A stretch of 64,000 nt of DNA from an uncultured archaeon (lineage in GTDB: Archaea; Asgardarchaeota; Thorarchaeia; Thorarchaeales; Thorarchaeaceae): assembly GCA_964558645.1 (NCBI GenBank), contig CAZLEV010000011.1, positions 56,385 through 120,384 of the forward strand, read 5' to 3'. Shown here piece by piece: positions 30,626 to 38,558 of this stretch. Both the position numbers and the translations under genes were made by a program. Position 1 is the first letter of the stretch. The number at the start of each line of letters is the position of its first letter. Below the pieces are notes generated by a model that did no database searches, had not been told where the DNA came from, and worked only from the letters and a program-made list of their open reading frames with translations.

Positions 30626-31300
30626 TCAGATCAAGCGTCGGACATGGTTTCCCGGATAGAACGGGCCTGTATGTTTAAGTAGAGAAACGGAGAATGCTTC
30701 GGCCCTCTCGCAGGCCGATTGGACTCCTCTCAACCGGGTTCGTGCATCGTAGAATCTCTCGTAGTAACCGCCAGCCTTGCTGGTCTGGCTCTTGTGACAG
30801 CGTAATCCCTCTAATGCGGTATTATAGCTCTCAGTGACACTGACCATCACATTAGGTCGTGAGAGAAGAGTGTTGACCTCCATATGATAGATACGACTGA
30901 TTCGATGCGCTCTCTCGAACCGAGTCACGTGTGATGCCCATTCAGCTGCGTCGGCAACGATCTGCGCGCATGCTACATGGTTTCTATTGTAATCCTTCTC
31001 GGAGTGGGTGATAATAATGTCTGGACGCCACTCGAGGATTGCTTGAATGATTAGCTTCTCCACACTCCTGTCAACAGCAAAGTCATCTCGCTCCCCTGTC
31101 AGAAGATTACGGATACCTAGTATCTTACATGCCTCCTTCAGCTCTCGGTTTCGAGCTGGACTTCCTGTGAGGCACAACAGATCCACGTCTACTCCCTGAC
31201 TGCTATGAGACGCTATCGTTCCACCGGCACCCAAGCATTCATCATCGGGATGCGCAGTAACAACGAGAATTGAGCCATCGTCAGAGGGATTCATGGTCAT
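30626..31300 (-). CDS. bshB1: PIG-L family deacetylase, BshB1-like (GlcNAc-malate deacetylase)
   Basis: AHPDDECLGAGGT, RNRE..A..ILG, RPDIIITH, AEAF; divergent from bshA; second motif is non-canonical NRNH. Confidence 0.72.
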   Translation of the reverse strand: MTMNPSDDGSILVVTAHPDDECLGAGGTIASHSSQGVDVDLLCLTGSPARNRELKEACKILGIRNLLTGERDDFAVDRSVEKLIIQAILEWRPDIIITHSEKDYNRNHVACAQIVADAAEWASHVTRFERAHRISRIYHMEVNTLLSRPNVMVSVTESYNTALEGLRCHKSQTSKAGGYYERFYDARTRLRGVQSACERAEAFSVSLLKHTGPFYPGNHVRRLI

Positions 31301-31383
31301 CTCAGACCCAGTTCTACTAATCAAGCTTTGGCCTGACCATTTGTCTTAAAACCCCCCGTTTGCTGTTCAGTACAGTGACCAGC

Positions 31384-32544
31384 ATGAGGATAGGAGTCAA
31401 TCTATATGCCTCAGTGGGCGGCTCAGGCTACCTCGCGACGCGCTTGGGACAGCACCTTGCAGACCGTGGCCACGAGATTCATTTCATCACCTACCAGAGG
31501 CCGTTTAGCCTGATGTGGGAGCAAGCACGAGGTGTCTACGTTGACCTCGTGGACAGTTTTGATTATCCGCTCTTCAAGTCAACTGGAACCCCCTACACCA
31601 TGACCCTTACATCAAAGATTGTAAAAGTGGCTCGCGATTCCAAACTCAATCTCATCCACTCGCACTATGCAATCCCTCATGCTATGGCCGCATACATGGC
31701 AAGAGAGATCATCGGTATCCCCTATGTGGTAACACTACACGGTTCAGATGTCCACACCCTTGGACTCGATCCTGCATATCGCCCCGTTGTTAAGCACACG
31801 GTAGAAGAAGCAGATGGTGTCACAGCAGTTTCAGAGTTCCTCCAGAAGAAGGCCTATGAGGAACTCGGCATCGAAAGGGAGATTCATGTCGTCCCTAACT
31901 TCATCGATGTTCAAAGATTCACTCCCATGGAGGGAGTGCGACTCACAGTGGAGAGCGGCTGTGTGTCTCTTCGCAGATCAGAGGAACCCGAAGATCTTCA
32001 TCCAGACGAGATGGTGCTGTTGCATGCATCGAACTTCCGTCAAGTGAAGAGAGTGGTCGAGCTCGTAGAGATCATGAGGATCGTAGTCGACCACTATCCT
32101 GATACGCGGCTAGTGATTGCAGGGGATGGACCCACCCGCATGCATGTTGAGCGACGAATAGAGGCCCTTGACCTCTGCCAGAATGTGCATCTCTTGGGAG
32201 TGAAGAGCAACATGAGAGAGATCATGTGTTCATCAGATATCTTTCTGCTCAATTCTACCTTAGAGGGCATGCCACTGGTCCTTTTGGAGGCTATGGCATC
32301 CGAACTACCAGTTATCACGACACCCGCAGGAGGCATACCAGAGCTTGTACGCCCAGGGAAGGACGGTATTGTCACGAAGGGCTTCGAGAAGGAAGAGTTT
32401 GCGGGTGCAATCCTAGAGTTGATAGAACATGATGCCCGAAGAAAAGAACTGGGCAAGGCGGGACGAAAGAGAGTTGTTGAGCAGTACTCAGCTGAGAAGG
32501 TTGTGCCCATGTATGAGAGAGTCTTTGATAGAGCAGTGGAATGA
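31384..32544 (+). CDS. bshA: N-acetyl-alpha-D-glucosaminyl L-malate synthase (GT4)
   Basis: BshA-type motifs GGSG..AT.LG..LA.RGHE.HFIT, YPLF, HYAIPHA, TLHGSD, TAVS, H.SNFR.VKRV. Confidence 0.88.
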   Translation: MRIGVNLYASVGGSGYLATRLGQHLADRGHEIHFITYQRPFSLMWEQARGVYVDLVDSFDYPLFKSTGTPYTMTLTSKIVKVARDSKLNLIHSHYAIPHAMAAYMAREIIGIPYVVTLHGSDVHTLGLDPAYRPVVKHTVEEADGVTAVSEFLQKKAYEELGIEREIHVVPNFIDVQRFTPMEGVRLTVESGCVSLRRSEEPEDLHPDEMVLLHASNFRQVKRVVELVEIMRIVVDHYPDTRLVIAGDGPTRMHVERRIEALDLCQNVHLLGVKSNMREIMCSSDIFLLNSTLEGMPLVLLEAMASELPVITTPAGGIPELVRPGKDGIVTKGFEKEEFAGAILELIEHDARRKELGKAGRKRVVEQYSAEKVVPMYERVFDRAVE

Positions 32545-34280
32545 TAGAACGGAGATGCCAACTTTTGAGAGAGAGCGTAGCTGAAGTCTATAAAGACTAC
32601 ATCTGGAAAGAGGAAATGCAGGATGCCGCCCAGTATCTCTATAGTTGCCCGCCAGTCTATTTCGGCGGTCTCAAGGAGAGAGTAGGAAGACTCCGAGAGG
32701 AATACTTAGAGACGCACTGGTTCACTGACGAACGAATGCAGATACTTGAGAACACCCTGGAAAGGACAAGTCGCAACCTGGGTGCTCTAACACCAGCAGT
32801 TAGGAGTAGAATCTCAGAGCTTCGACATGGAGCCATAGAAGGAGCACACCAGAGCATTGCCTTCGGCGGCCCATGCTATGTTCTGAACAAGGCAGCAACA
32901 GCATCGATACTTGCAGATGTCACGTCTGATGATGATATTCGCGTAGCCGCGTATTTCTTCGTTGCAGACTATGATGAGGTCCAGGCTGAACTGATCAACA
33001 CAAGGACCCCACTGCTGGGATCTTCAGGCAATCTGCTCAGTATTCCGGTTCCCAAGGAGTTCAAGCATTCGCCCGTCAGTGTTCTACCCCTTCCTGAGCA
33101 TACTTGGTACGAAGAGGCAGAAGAGAGTATCCGGATGGGGTACAGACCGATGATCAAAGACCTCGACAACAGGGCGCGCATCATATACGAAGAGAGACTC
33201 GAGCAGATTCTCTCCATAACAAGATGGAGTTTCGTAAACTCAGACACACTGGGGGAATGGGCGCGACGAATCCTAGCCCGTCTGTTCAATGTCGAGGGAA
33301 ACTTGGGAATACCAATTGTCGCGTATTCAGACCCTCAGATACGGAAGCTGGCAACTCTTGGAATGGAATTCCTTCTGAAGAAACAGAACCGAGAGAGATT
33401 CTTAGAGGCCCAGGATCAAGCAACCGACAGAATCATCGAACTAGGTCTGGAGCCCGGCTCGGGGAGAAGAGATCGCTCCTACGTTCCGTTTCTATACGAG
33501 TGTCCGGAGAAAGGCTGCAACAGGAGTAGATTCGAACTGCAGTATTATGCCCGGGAAGACACTGCGACGCTGTCAGGTAGGTGCCCGTCATGCCATCAGT
33601 ACTTCACAATCGAAGTTTCAGCAGATAATCCTGACTTGAGTGACCATGCCGACTACCTATCTCCTCGTGTAGACTCGCGGCAGTTCATTGTGGACATGAT
33701 GATTCCCACTATGTGCCATATTGGAGGGCCAGGTGAGACCGCCTATTACGCCCAGGTGATTCCCGCTGCCGACGCTCTAGACATCCCATTCCCGGAGTTT
33801 GTGAAGTATCCACGGCTCTTCTTCAACACACCATGGAGTGAAGCTCTGGCAAACCAGTTGGAGAACAGGGGTGAGCCGGTCTTGCATGGTCGCACGCTCT
33901 TCAAACTGCTGGGGAAGTCAAGTGCAGCCAGAAGAAAAGAGAACTATGATGAGATGAACTCCGCCATCAAGAAACTGGGCAACCATATCAGAGACCGGTA
34001 CGATGTCATAGTGAAGAGGGTGGCGGAGATAGAGAAGCAGAGAGAAAACTCAAGCGGTGAAGAAGACGAGGAACTTCAAGGTATCAAGTTTGACCTCGAA
34101 ATGTACCTCAGCTGGGCATATGGGCGATATTCTGCAGAGAAGTCCGTGCAGGAGTCCTCTTGGTCCTGGATAGAGTGGGCAATAAACTCTGGACTGGCGG
34201 ATCTGTTCGGTCCTTACGAGAGAAGCTATGTTGAGCAACTTAAGAATGGAGCCACGATGTGGATAAACTTCATGACATAG
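32541..34280 (+). CDS. bshC: Bacillithiol biosynthesis cysteine-adding enzyme BshC-like
   Basis: GAHQ...GGPCY..NKA, D.DEV, SPRVDSR, P..CHIGGPGETAYYAQ, coiled coil, VQE; ATGA overlap with bshA. Confidence 0.82.
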   Translation: MIERRCQLLRESVAEVYKDYIWKEEMQDAAQYLYSCPPVYFGGLKERVGRLREEYLETHWFTDERMQILENTLERTSRNLGALTPAVRSRISELRHGAIEGAHQSIAFGGPCYVLNKAATASILADVTSDDDIRVAAYFFVADYDEVQAELINTRTPLLGSSGNLLSIPVPKEFKHSPVSVLPLPEHTWYEEAEESIRMGYRPMIKDLDNRARIIYEERLEQILSITRWSFVNSDTLGEWARRILARLFNVEGNLGIPIVAYSDPQIRKLATLGMEFLLKKQNRERFLEAQDQATDRIIELGLEPGSGRRDRSYVPFLYECPEKGCNRSRFELQYYAREDTATLSGRCPSCHQYFTIEVSADNPDLSDHADYLSPRVDSRQFIVDMMIPTMCHIGGPGETAYYAQVIPAADALDIPFPEFVKYPRLFFNTPWSEALANQLENRGEPVLHGRTLFKLLGKSSAARRKENYDEMNSAIKKLGNHIRDRYDVIVKRVAEIEKQRENSSGEEDEELQGIKFDLEMYLSWAYGRYSAEKSVQESSWSWIEWAINSGLADLFGPYERSYVEQLKNGATMWINFMT

Positions 34281-34289
34281 AAGAACAAG

Positions 34290-34311
34290 CGCCCCGGTTG
34301 GCACCGGGGCG
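34290..34311. terminator. GC hairpin between convergent bshC and aminotransferase genes
   Basis: CGCCCCGGT-TGGC-ACCGGGGCG 9-bp stem; followed by CTTGTTCTT on the minus strand. Confidence 0.65.
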
Positions 34312-34327
34312 GACAGAGATGAAATGT

Positions 34328-35602
34328 TTAGAGTTCTTCCGAGAGAAGCCGTCCGAGGCGTTCCATCCCCTCAGAGATGACCTCTGGTCTTGCATAGCAG
34401 AATCCTAATCGCATAGTATTGGCCTGAGGGACCGATGGCTTCAACTCGTTCCCGTTCTCAGTTAGAGAGTAGCCCGTGATTGGATAGAATGGTCCGCCGG
34501 GCACATAGAGAACTTCGTTTGGCAATGCAACTTCTTGCATGAACCTACTACTGTTGAAGTCCTTCTTCTCGCTCTCCCACCAGATGAAGAAGCCTCCGGT
34601 TGGGTCCGTCCTCTTGCCACCAGGGAAAGACTCGTCCATTGCCTTGGCCATCGCCAAATAGCGTTCCTTGTACTTGGGGACAATCTCCTTCATCGCCACA
34701 TCGATGTAGTTCCTGTAGTATTCGTCCAGTATGCGTTGTATGAGTGTTGAGGTACATAGGTCCAAGTAGCCCTTGTCTTTGAGAACCTGCTCACGCAGAT
34801 TTGGAGGCATAATCGAGTATCCAACTCGTAGAACAGCAGCCTCTTTGCTAGTGGTCCCAAGATACGCAACACGACGATTCTCTTTGTCAAGAGTCTTGAT
34901 TGGCGGCGGGTTCTTCTTGAACTGAATCTCTGCATATGCAGAGTCCTCAACTAGGAGAGTATTGTGATTCTCGCATATGTCAAAGAGGGCCTGACGGCGT
35001 TTCATAGGAAGAGTCGTTCCCTTTGGATTATCGGAGTCCGGCACCACATAGACAATGTCAGGCAGCTTTCCGAACTTCATCTTAGACACATGGATTGCCT
35101 TGTCCACATACTCAGGTATGATTCCATCGAGATCCGTTGGGACGGTTATGATTCTAGCCCCGAGCTTGACCGCAGGAACAAGAAAACCGAGATATGCAGG
35201 CGCGGTGGTCACGATCACATCACCGGGGTCAATCATCGTATCAAGAATCGCATAGATGGCCTGCTGGGAACCATTCGTCACGGATACGCACTCATACTCC
35301 TCCTCGCAGTCTATCGGTATATTCCTGACATCGTGCAGGCGCTTGGCCAGAGTCTTGAGGAACCAAGTCTGGCCGCCTGTAGGCCCATAGTTGAAATCTT
35401 CCAGTGCAAGCTTGGAGTCTTCTTTGTAGCGCTCAGAGAGATCGGCCATTATCTTCGCGAAGATATCTGTCGGGATGATACCAGGTTTCCCGCCTGCGAA
35501 GTAGTAATCAACCTTGTACTTCAAGAGGGCACGGATCTGAGACTCTTCAATAAAAGAGGTCCAGGCTGCAAAATTATACCCGTCTGGATTGGTCATTCGC
35601 AT
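34328..35602 (-). CDS. PLP-dependent aminotransferase class I/II (LysN/Aro8-like)
   Basis: FAGGKP, YGPTGG, TNGSQQ, NPKG, EDSAY, TTSK (PLP Lys), LRVG; GGAGGA before ATG 35602/35596. Confidence 0.9.
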   Translation of the reverse strand: MRMTNPDGYNFAAWTSFIEESQIRALLKYKVDYYFAGGKPGIIPTDIFAKIMADLSERYKEDSKLALEDFNYGPTGGQTWFLKTLAKRLHDVRNIPIDCEEEYECVSVTNGSQQAIYAILDTMIDPGDVIVTTAPAYLGFLVPAVKLGARIITVPTDLDGIIPEYVDKAIHVSKMKFGKLPDIVYVVPDSDNPKGTTLPMKRRQALFDICENHNTLLVEDSAYAEIQFKKNPPPIKTLDKENRRVAYLGTTSKEAAVLRVGYSIMPPNLREQVLKDKGYLDLCTSTLIQRILDEYYRNYIDVAMKEIVPKYKERYLAMAKAMDESFPGGKRTDPTGGFFIWWESEKKDFNSSRFMQEVALPNEVLYVPGGPFYPITGYSLTENGNELKPSVPQANTMRLGFCYARPEVISEGMERLGRLLSEEL

Positions 35603-35793
35603 TCCTCCAAGAGACAGAATGTCGGCGTGAAGCAAATCGCCGTCAGCGTTATGTACAACTCTGTACATTTGCAGGAACATCATAACACGGTTCGCACTTA
35701 TCTGTTTCTTTCATTTCACTCATCTGAATGCTCGAAATAGCTCGACAGTGTACATTCTTGTGCACAGCAGCAAAAGGATTCCTGTCTTCCCAA

Positions 35794-36579
35794 TCAGTAC
35801 GTTTCATCAGCGAGCTCTCTGGCGGCCAAGCGAGGATTCTCGGCACCGCAAATGGAACGGGCAGCAATCACATAAGAGGCACCTGCGTCTATTGCAGCCC
35901 GAGCGCTCCCGCCCTGAGCACCAACACCAGGACTCATTATGGGGATGTCCGGTCCCAACAGGTCGCGGACTTCTCGAATCTTGTCGGGGTACGTTGCGCC
36001 GACGATGACTGCATCGGCGTCCCAGGATTGCGCTCTCCGAGCGAATGTCATGTACAGAGGTTCGTGCTTCTTCTTCTTCTCATCCGTTGCCACATGCAGA
36101 CCATAGCCCTCATCCGCAGCAGGATGAGACATGTAGCAGAGCGTTATGACCGCCCTCTTTCGCTCGCGTGCCAACTTGAACACGGTATCTAATCCACCCT
36201 CCCAACCAACTAGAGGGTTGGCAATGACTGCATCAAATCCTGCATCAAGATAGTACCGTGTGATCCAACCGTTGGTGTTTCCGATGTCGTTTATCTTGCA
36301 GTCCATGATTGCCAACAGGCCCTCTCTGTGAATACTCTCAACGAGCCGTCTTATACCATCGAAGAGACCTAGAGGGAGGACCAGTTGCCGATTGAACTTG
36401 TAAGCGACGACAGACTCCGAAGTCTGCTGGATTATCTCTCTGGCTCGAGTCTCCAACTCGGACCGCGTGGCCGAGAGCCGACCCTCGATCAGCTGTGGAG
36501 TATCGGCTGTGAGGTCGAGTCCCACTACGAGGCGGCTCTTTCTGACGAAAGCAGCTGCAGATAATTTGCTCTTGAGCAA
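35794..36579 (-). CDS. pyrF: Orotidine 5'-phosphate decarboxylase
   Basis: GLD, DCKINDIGNT, MSH, VGATYP, PGVGAQGG. Confidence 0.92.
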   Translation of the reverse strand: MLKSKLSAAAFVRKSRLVVGLDLTADTPQLIEGRLSATRSELETRAREIIQQTSESVVAYKFNRQLVLPLGLFDGIRRLVESIHREGLLAIMDCKINDIGNTNGWITRYYLDAGFDAVIANPLVGWEGGLDTVFKLARERKRAVITLCYMSHPAADEGYGLHVATDEKKKKHEPLYMTFARRAQSWDADAVIVGATYPDKIREVRDLLGPDIPIMSPGVGAQGGSARAAIDAGASYVIAARSICGAENPRLAARELADETY

Positions 36580-36611
36580 TCTACTACCTCTCCCAACTTC
36601 TTTTTCTAAGG

Positions 36612-37712
36612 ATGGGTCACGTATGCTTATATTACATTTGGAGTCTGGAGAAGGTGGGAGCGGCGTCCGTGAAACCAGATTGGCTCATGACACGATTTGT
36701 TGTTGTCCTGATTGCAGTCTTCTCTCCAGTGTACTTCTTCATTCTTGTGTTTCTGCTTCCCTTCCAGATGACCCCCTTTCAGAATAGTCTCCATAATCTT
36801 CTGTTCCAGTATCTGGTTGTCCCTTCAGTCTTCTCAGCCACCTGGATTATGCTGATATACTTCCACAGATACCGACTAGCAAACACGGTCCATCTTATGC
36901 AGGAGTCTACGACTGCTGTTCCGCTACGATGGAGAGTGTTCTACGGGATGAATGCCGCCTTTGTCTTGATGTTTTTCATCTTACCCATGGTCACAGCCCC
37001 ATTGGCCATCATCGGAGGATTCATTGTCGCAGGAAATGTCTTCTATAACGCTGCGCTGGGAAGACTGGGAAGAAGCAAGGTTGCTACCCTCTTTGCAGTC
37101 CTCATCGCAATCGCCCTCTGCATTCTACCATTCCTCATAATGGTTGAGTTTGTCCCCAACTATCTAGATGTCTGGGATAGCATACTCTCGTCATGGACCG
37201 GCCTTGGCTTCATGGTTGTGTATGGAATAGCCCAATGCCTTGTAAATGCGCTCAGCTTCGGTGCACCTGTGCACTTTGTCTACTATGCCGCTGAGGAGTA
37301 TGATAGAGGACTCTATGGTCAGGTGTATACAAAGACTCCATCCAACATGATTCGTGTTGGCCAAGCAGTGTTGTTCCTCATCTTTACAATTCTATACCTG
37401 CCGCCAATACAGACACCCTTTGGTATCATCCCGTTTGCAGATATGTCGTGGCTGTTCATGGACTACATCAACTGGATATCACTCGGCATTGTCGCAATCA
37501 TGGTCCTTGTGAGAAAATACTTCCAGGTCGAGGGAGATACAACGCTGGGGAGTACCTCAAACATAGTTGTTGTTGCCCTGTTTCTCATAGTTGAAATCTT
37601 CTTCAAGACAGATCTTCTCATCGTCACGATAGTCATCTGGCTGGCATTCTTTCTGTTTGCAGGAGTCATCATTGCTAACTACTTACGAGCATCATCTCGG
37701 GAGATGTATTAA
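36612..37712 (+). CDS. Polytopic membrane protein of unknown function (start may be a few codons downstream)
   Basis: About 10 hydrophobic segments; stop directly precedes the Nudix start. Confidence 0.75.
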   Translation: MGHVCLYYIWSLEKVGAASVKPDWLMTRFVVVLIAVFSPVYFFILVFLLPFQMTPFQNSLHNLLFQYLVVPSVFSATWIMLIYFHRYRLANTVHLMQESTTAVPLRWRVFYGMNAAFVLMFFILPMVTAPLAIIGGFIVAGNVFYNAALGRLGRSKVATLFAVLIAIALCILPFLIMVEFVPNYLDVWDSILSSWTGLGFMVVYGIAQCLVNALSFGAPVHFVYYAAEEYDRGLYGQVYTKTPSNMIRVGQAVLFLIFTILYLPPIQTPFGIIPFADMSWLFMDYINWISLGIVAIMVLVRKYFQVEGDTTLGSTSNIVVVALFLIVEIFFKTDLLIVTIVIWLAFFLFAGVIIANYLRASSREMY

Positions 37713-37713
37713 C

Positions 37714-38154
37714 ATGTATCAGAATCCAGTTCCAACCGTGGATGCCATCATCTATCAAGACGGGAACATTGTACTCATCAGAAGAGGTCAAGAACCCTTC
37801 AAGGGAAAATGGGCCCTTCCGGGAGGATTCGTGGAGTATGGAGAAACAGTGGAGCAGGCGGCAATCAGAGAGATGAAAGAGGAAACCAGTCTAGGTGTAA
37901 GGCTCATTGGACTTCTGGGAGTATACAGCGCTCCAGACCGTGATCCACGAAAGCACACCATCTCAACAGTCTTTGTGGCCGAGCCCATTCAAGGGGAACT
38001 CAAGGGAGGCGATGACGCCTCAGAAGCCGCTTGGTTCTCGCTAGAAACACTGGATCTGTCATCGCTGGCCTTTGACCACTCACAGATAGTTCGCGATATG
38101 ATTGCATGGACTGAAGACCACGGAACCTTCTGGTCCATCAAGCAGAGAGACTAG
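37714..38154 (+). CDS. Nudix hydrolase (ADP-ribose pyrophosphatase-like)
   Basis: Nudix box GGFVEYGETVEQAAIREMKEETSL; RDPR; LAFDH. Confidence 0.93.
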   Translation: MYQNPVPTVDAIIYQDGNIVLIRRGQEPFKGKWALPGGFVEYGETVEQAAIREMKEETSLGVRLIGLLGVYSAPDRDPRKHTISTVFVAEPIQGELKGGDDASEAAWFSLETLDLSSLAFDHSQIVRDMIAWTEDHGTFWSIKQRD

Positions 38155-38507
38155 AAGTCCAGTATCTCAAGCTTCTCAGTAAGACGAATCACTGGGAGAT
38201 GAACAATCATTGGTTCGGACTCGATGGTCTTTACGAAGCTCACAGACTCTTTCGGTCTGGACTTATAGGCCATGAAACTGCCTTCAGGTGGGCCATCTCC
38301 TTCTGTATACACCCAGAGAGGCAGGCCGTAATGCTCATAGTACCCGTGATTGGAGATCAATGTGCCATAGATGTGTTGGCCATTGTGCTCAAAATAAATC
38401 ATACTTGCGGGGCGGTCACGTTGAGACCAGGAAACCAGCATTCTTGCAAGGTCAACCATACTTGAGATATGCATGTTCACAGGTGGGCGAAGGTCTTCTT
38501 TGCTCAT
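38151..38507 (-). CDS. Conserved-looking archaeal hypothetical protein
   Basis: 118 aa with normal composition (DLARM...YYEHYGLP); follows the ATPase on the same strand. Confidence 0.7.
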   Translation of the reverse strand: MSKEDLRPPVNMHISSMVDLARMLVSWSQRDRPASMIYFEHNGQHIYGTLISNHGYYEHYGLPLWVYTEGDGPPEGSFMAYKSRPKESVSFVKTIESEPMIVHLPVIRLTEKLEILDF

Positions 38508-38558
38508 CGGGTCACACCGTTGGCTCCTCTTTGCCTTTCCTGCTTATAAGCCATAGTA

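Noticed and set aside
34964-35740. 258-aa plus-strand ORF
   Set aside because: Antisense shadow of the aminotransferase gene
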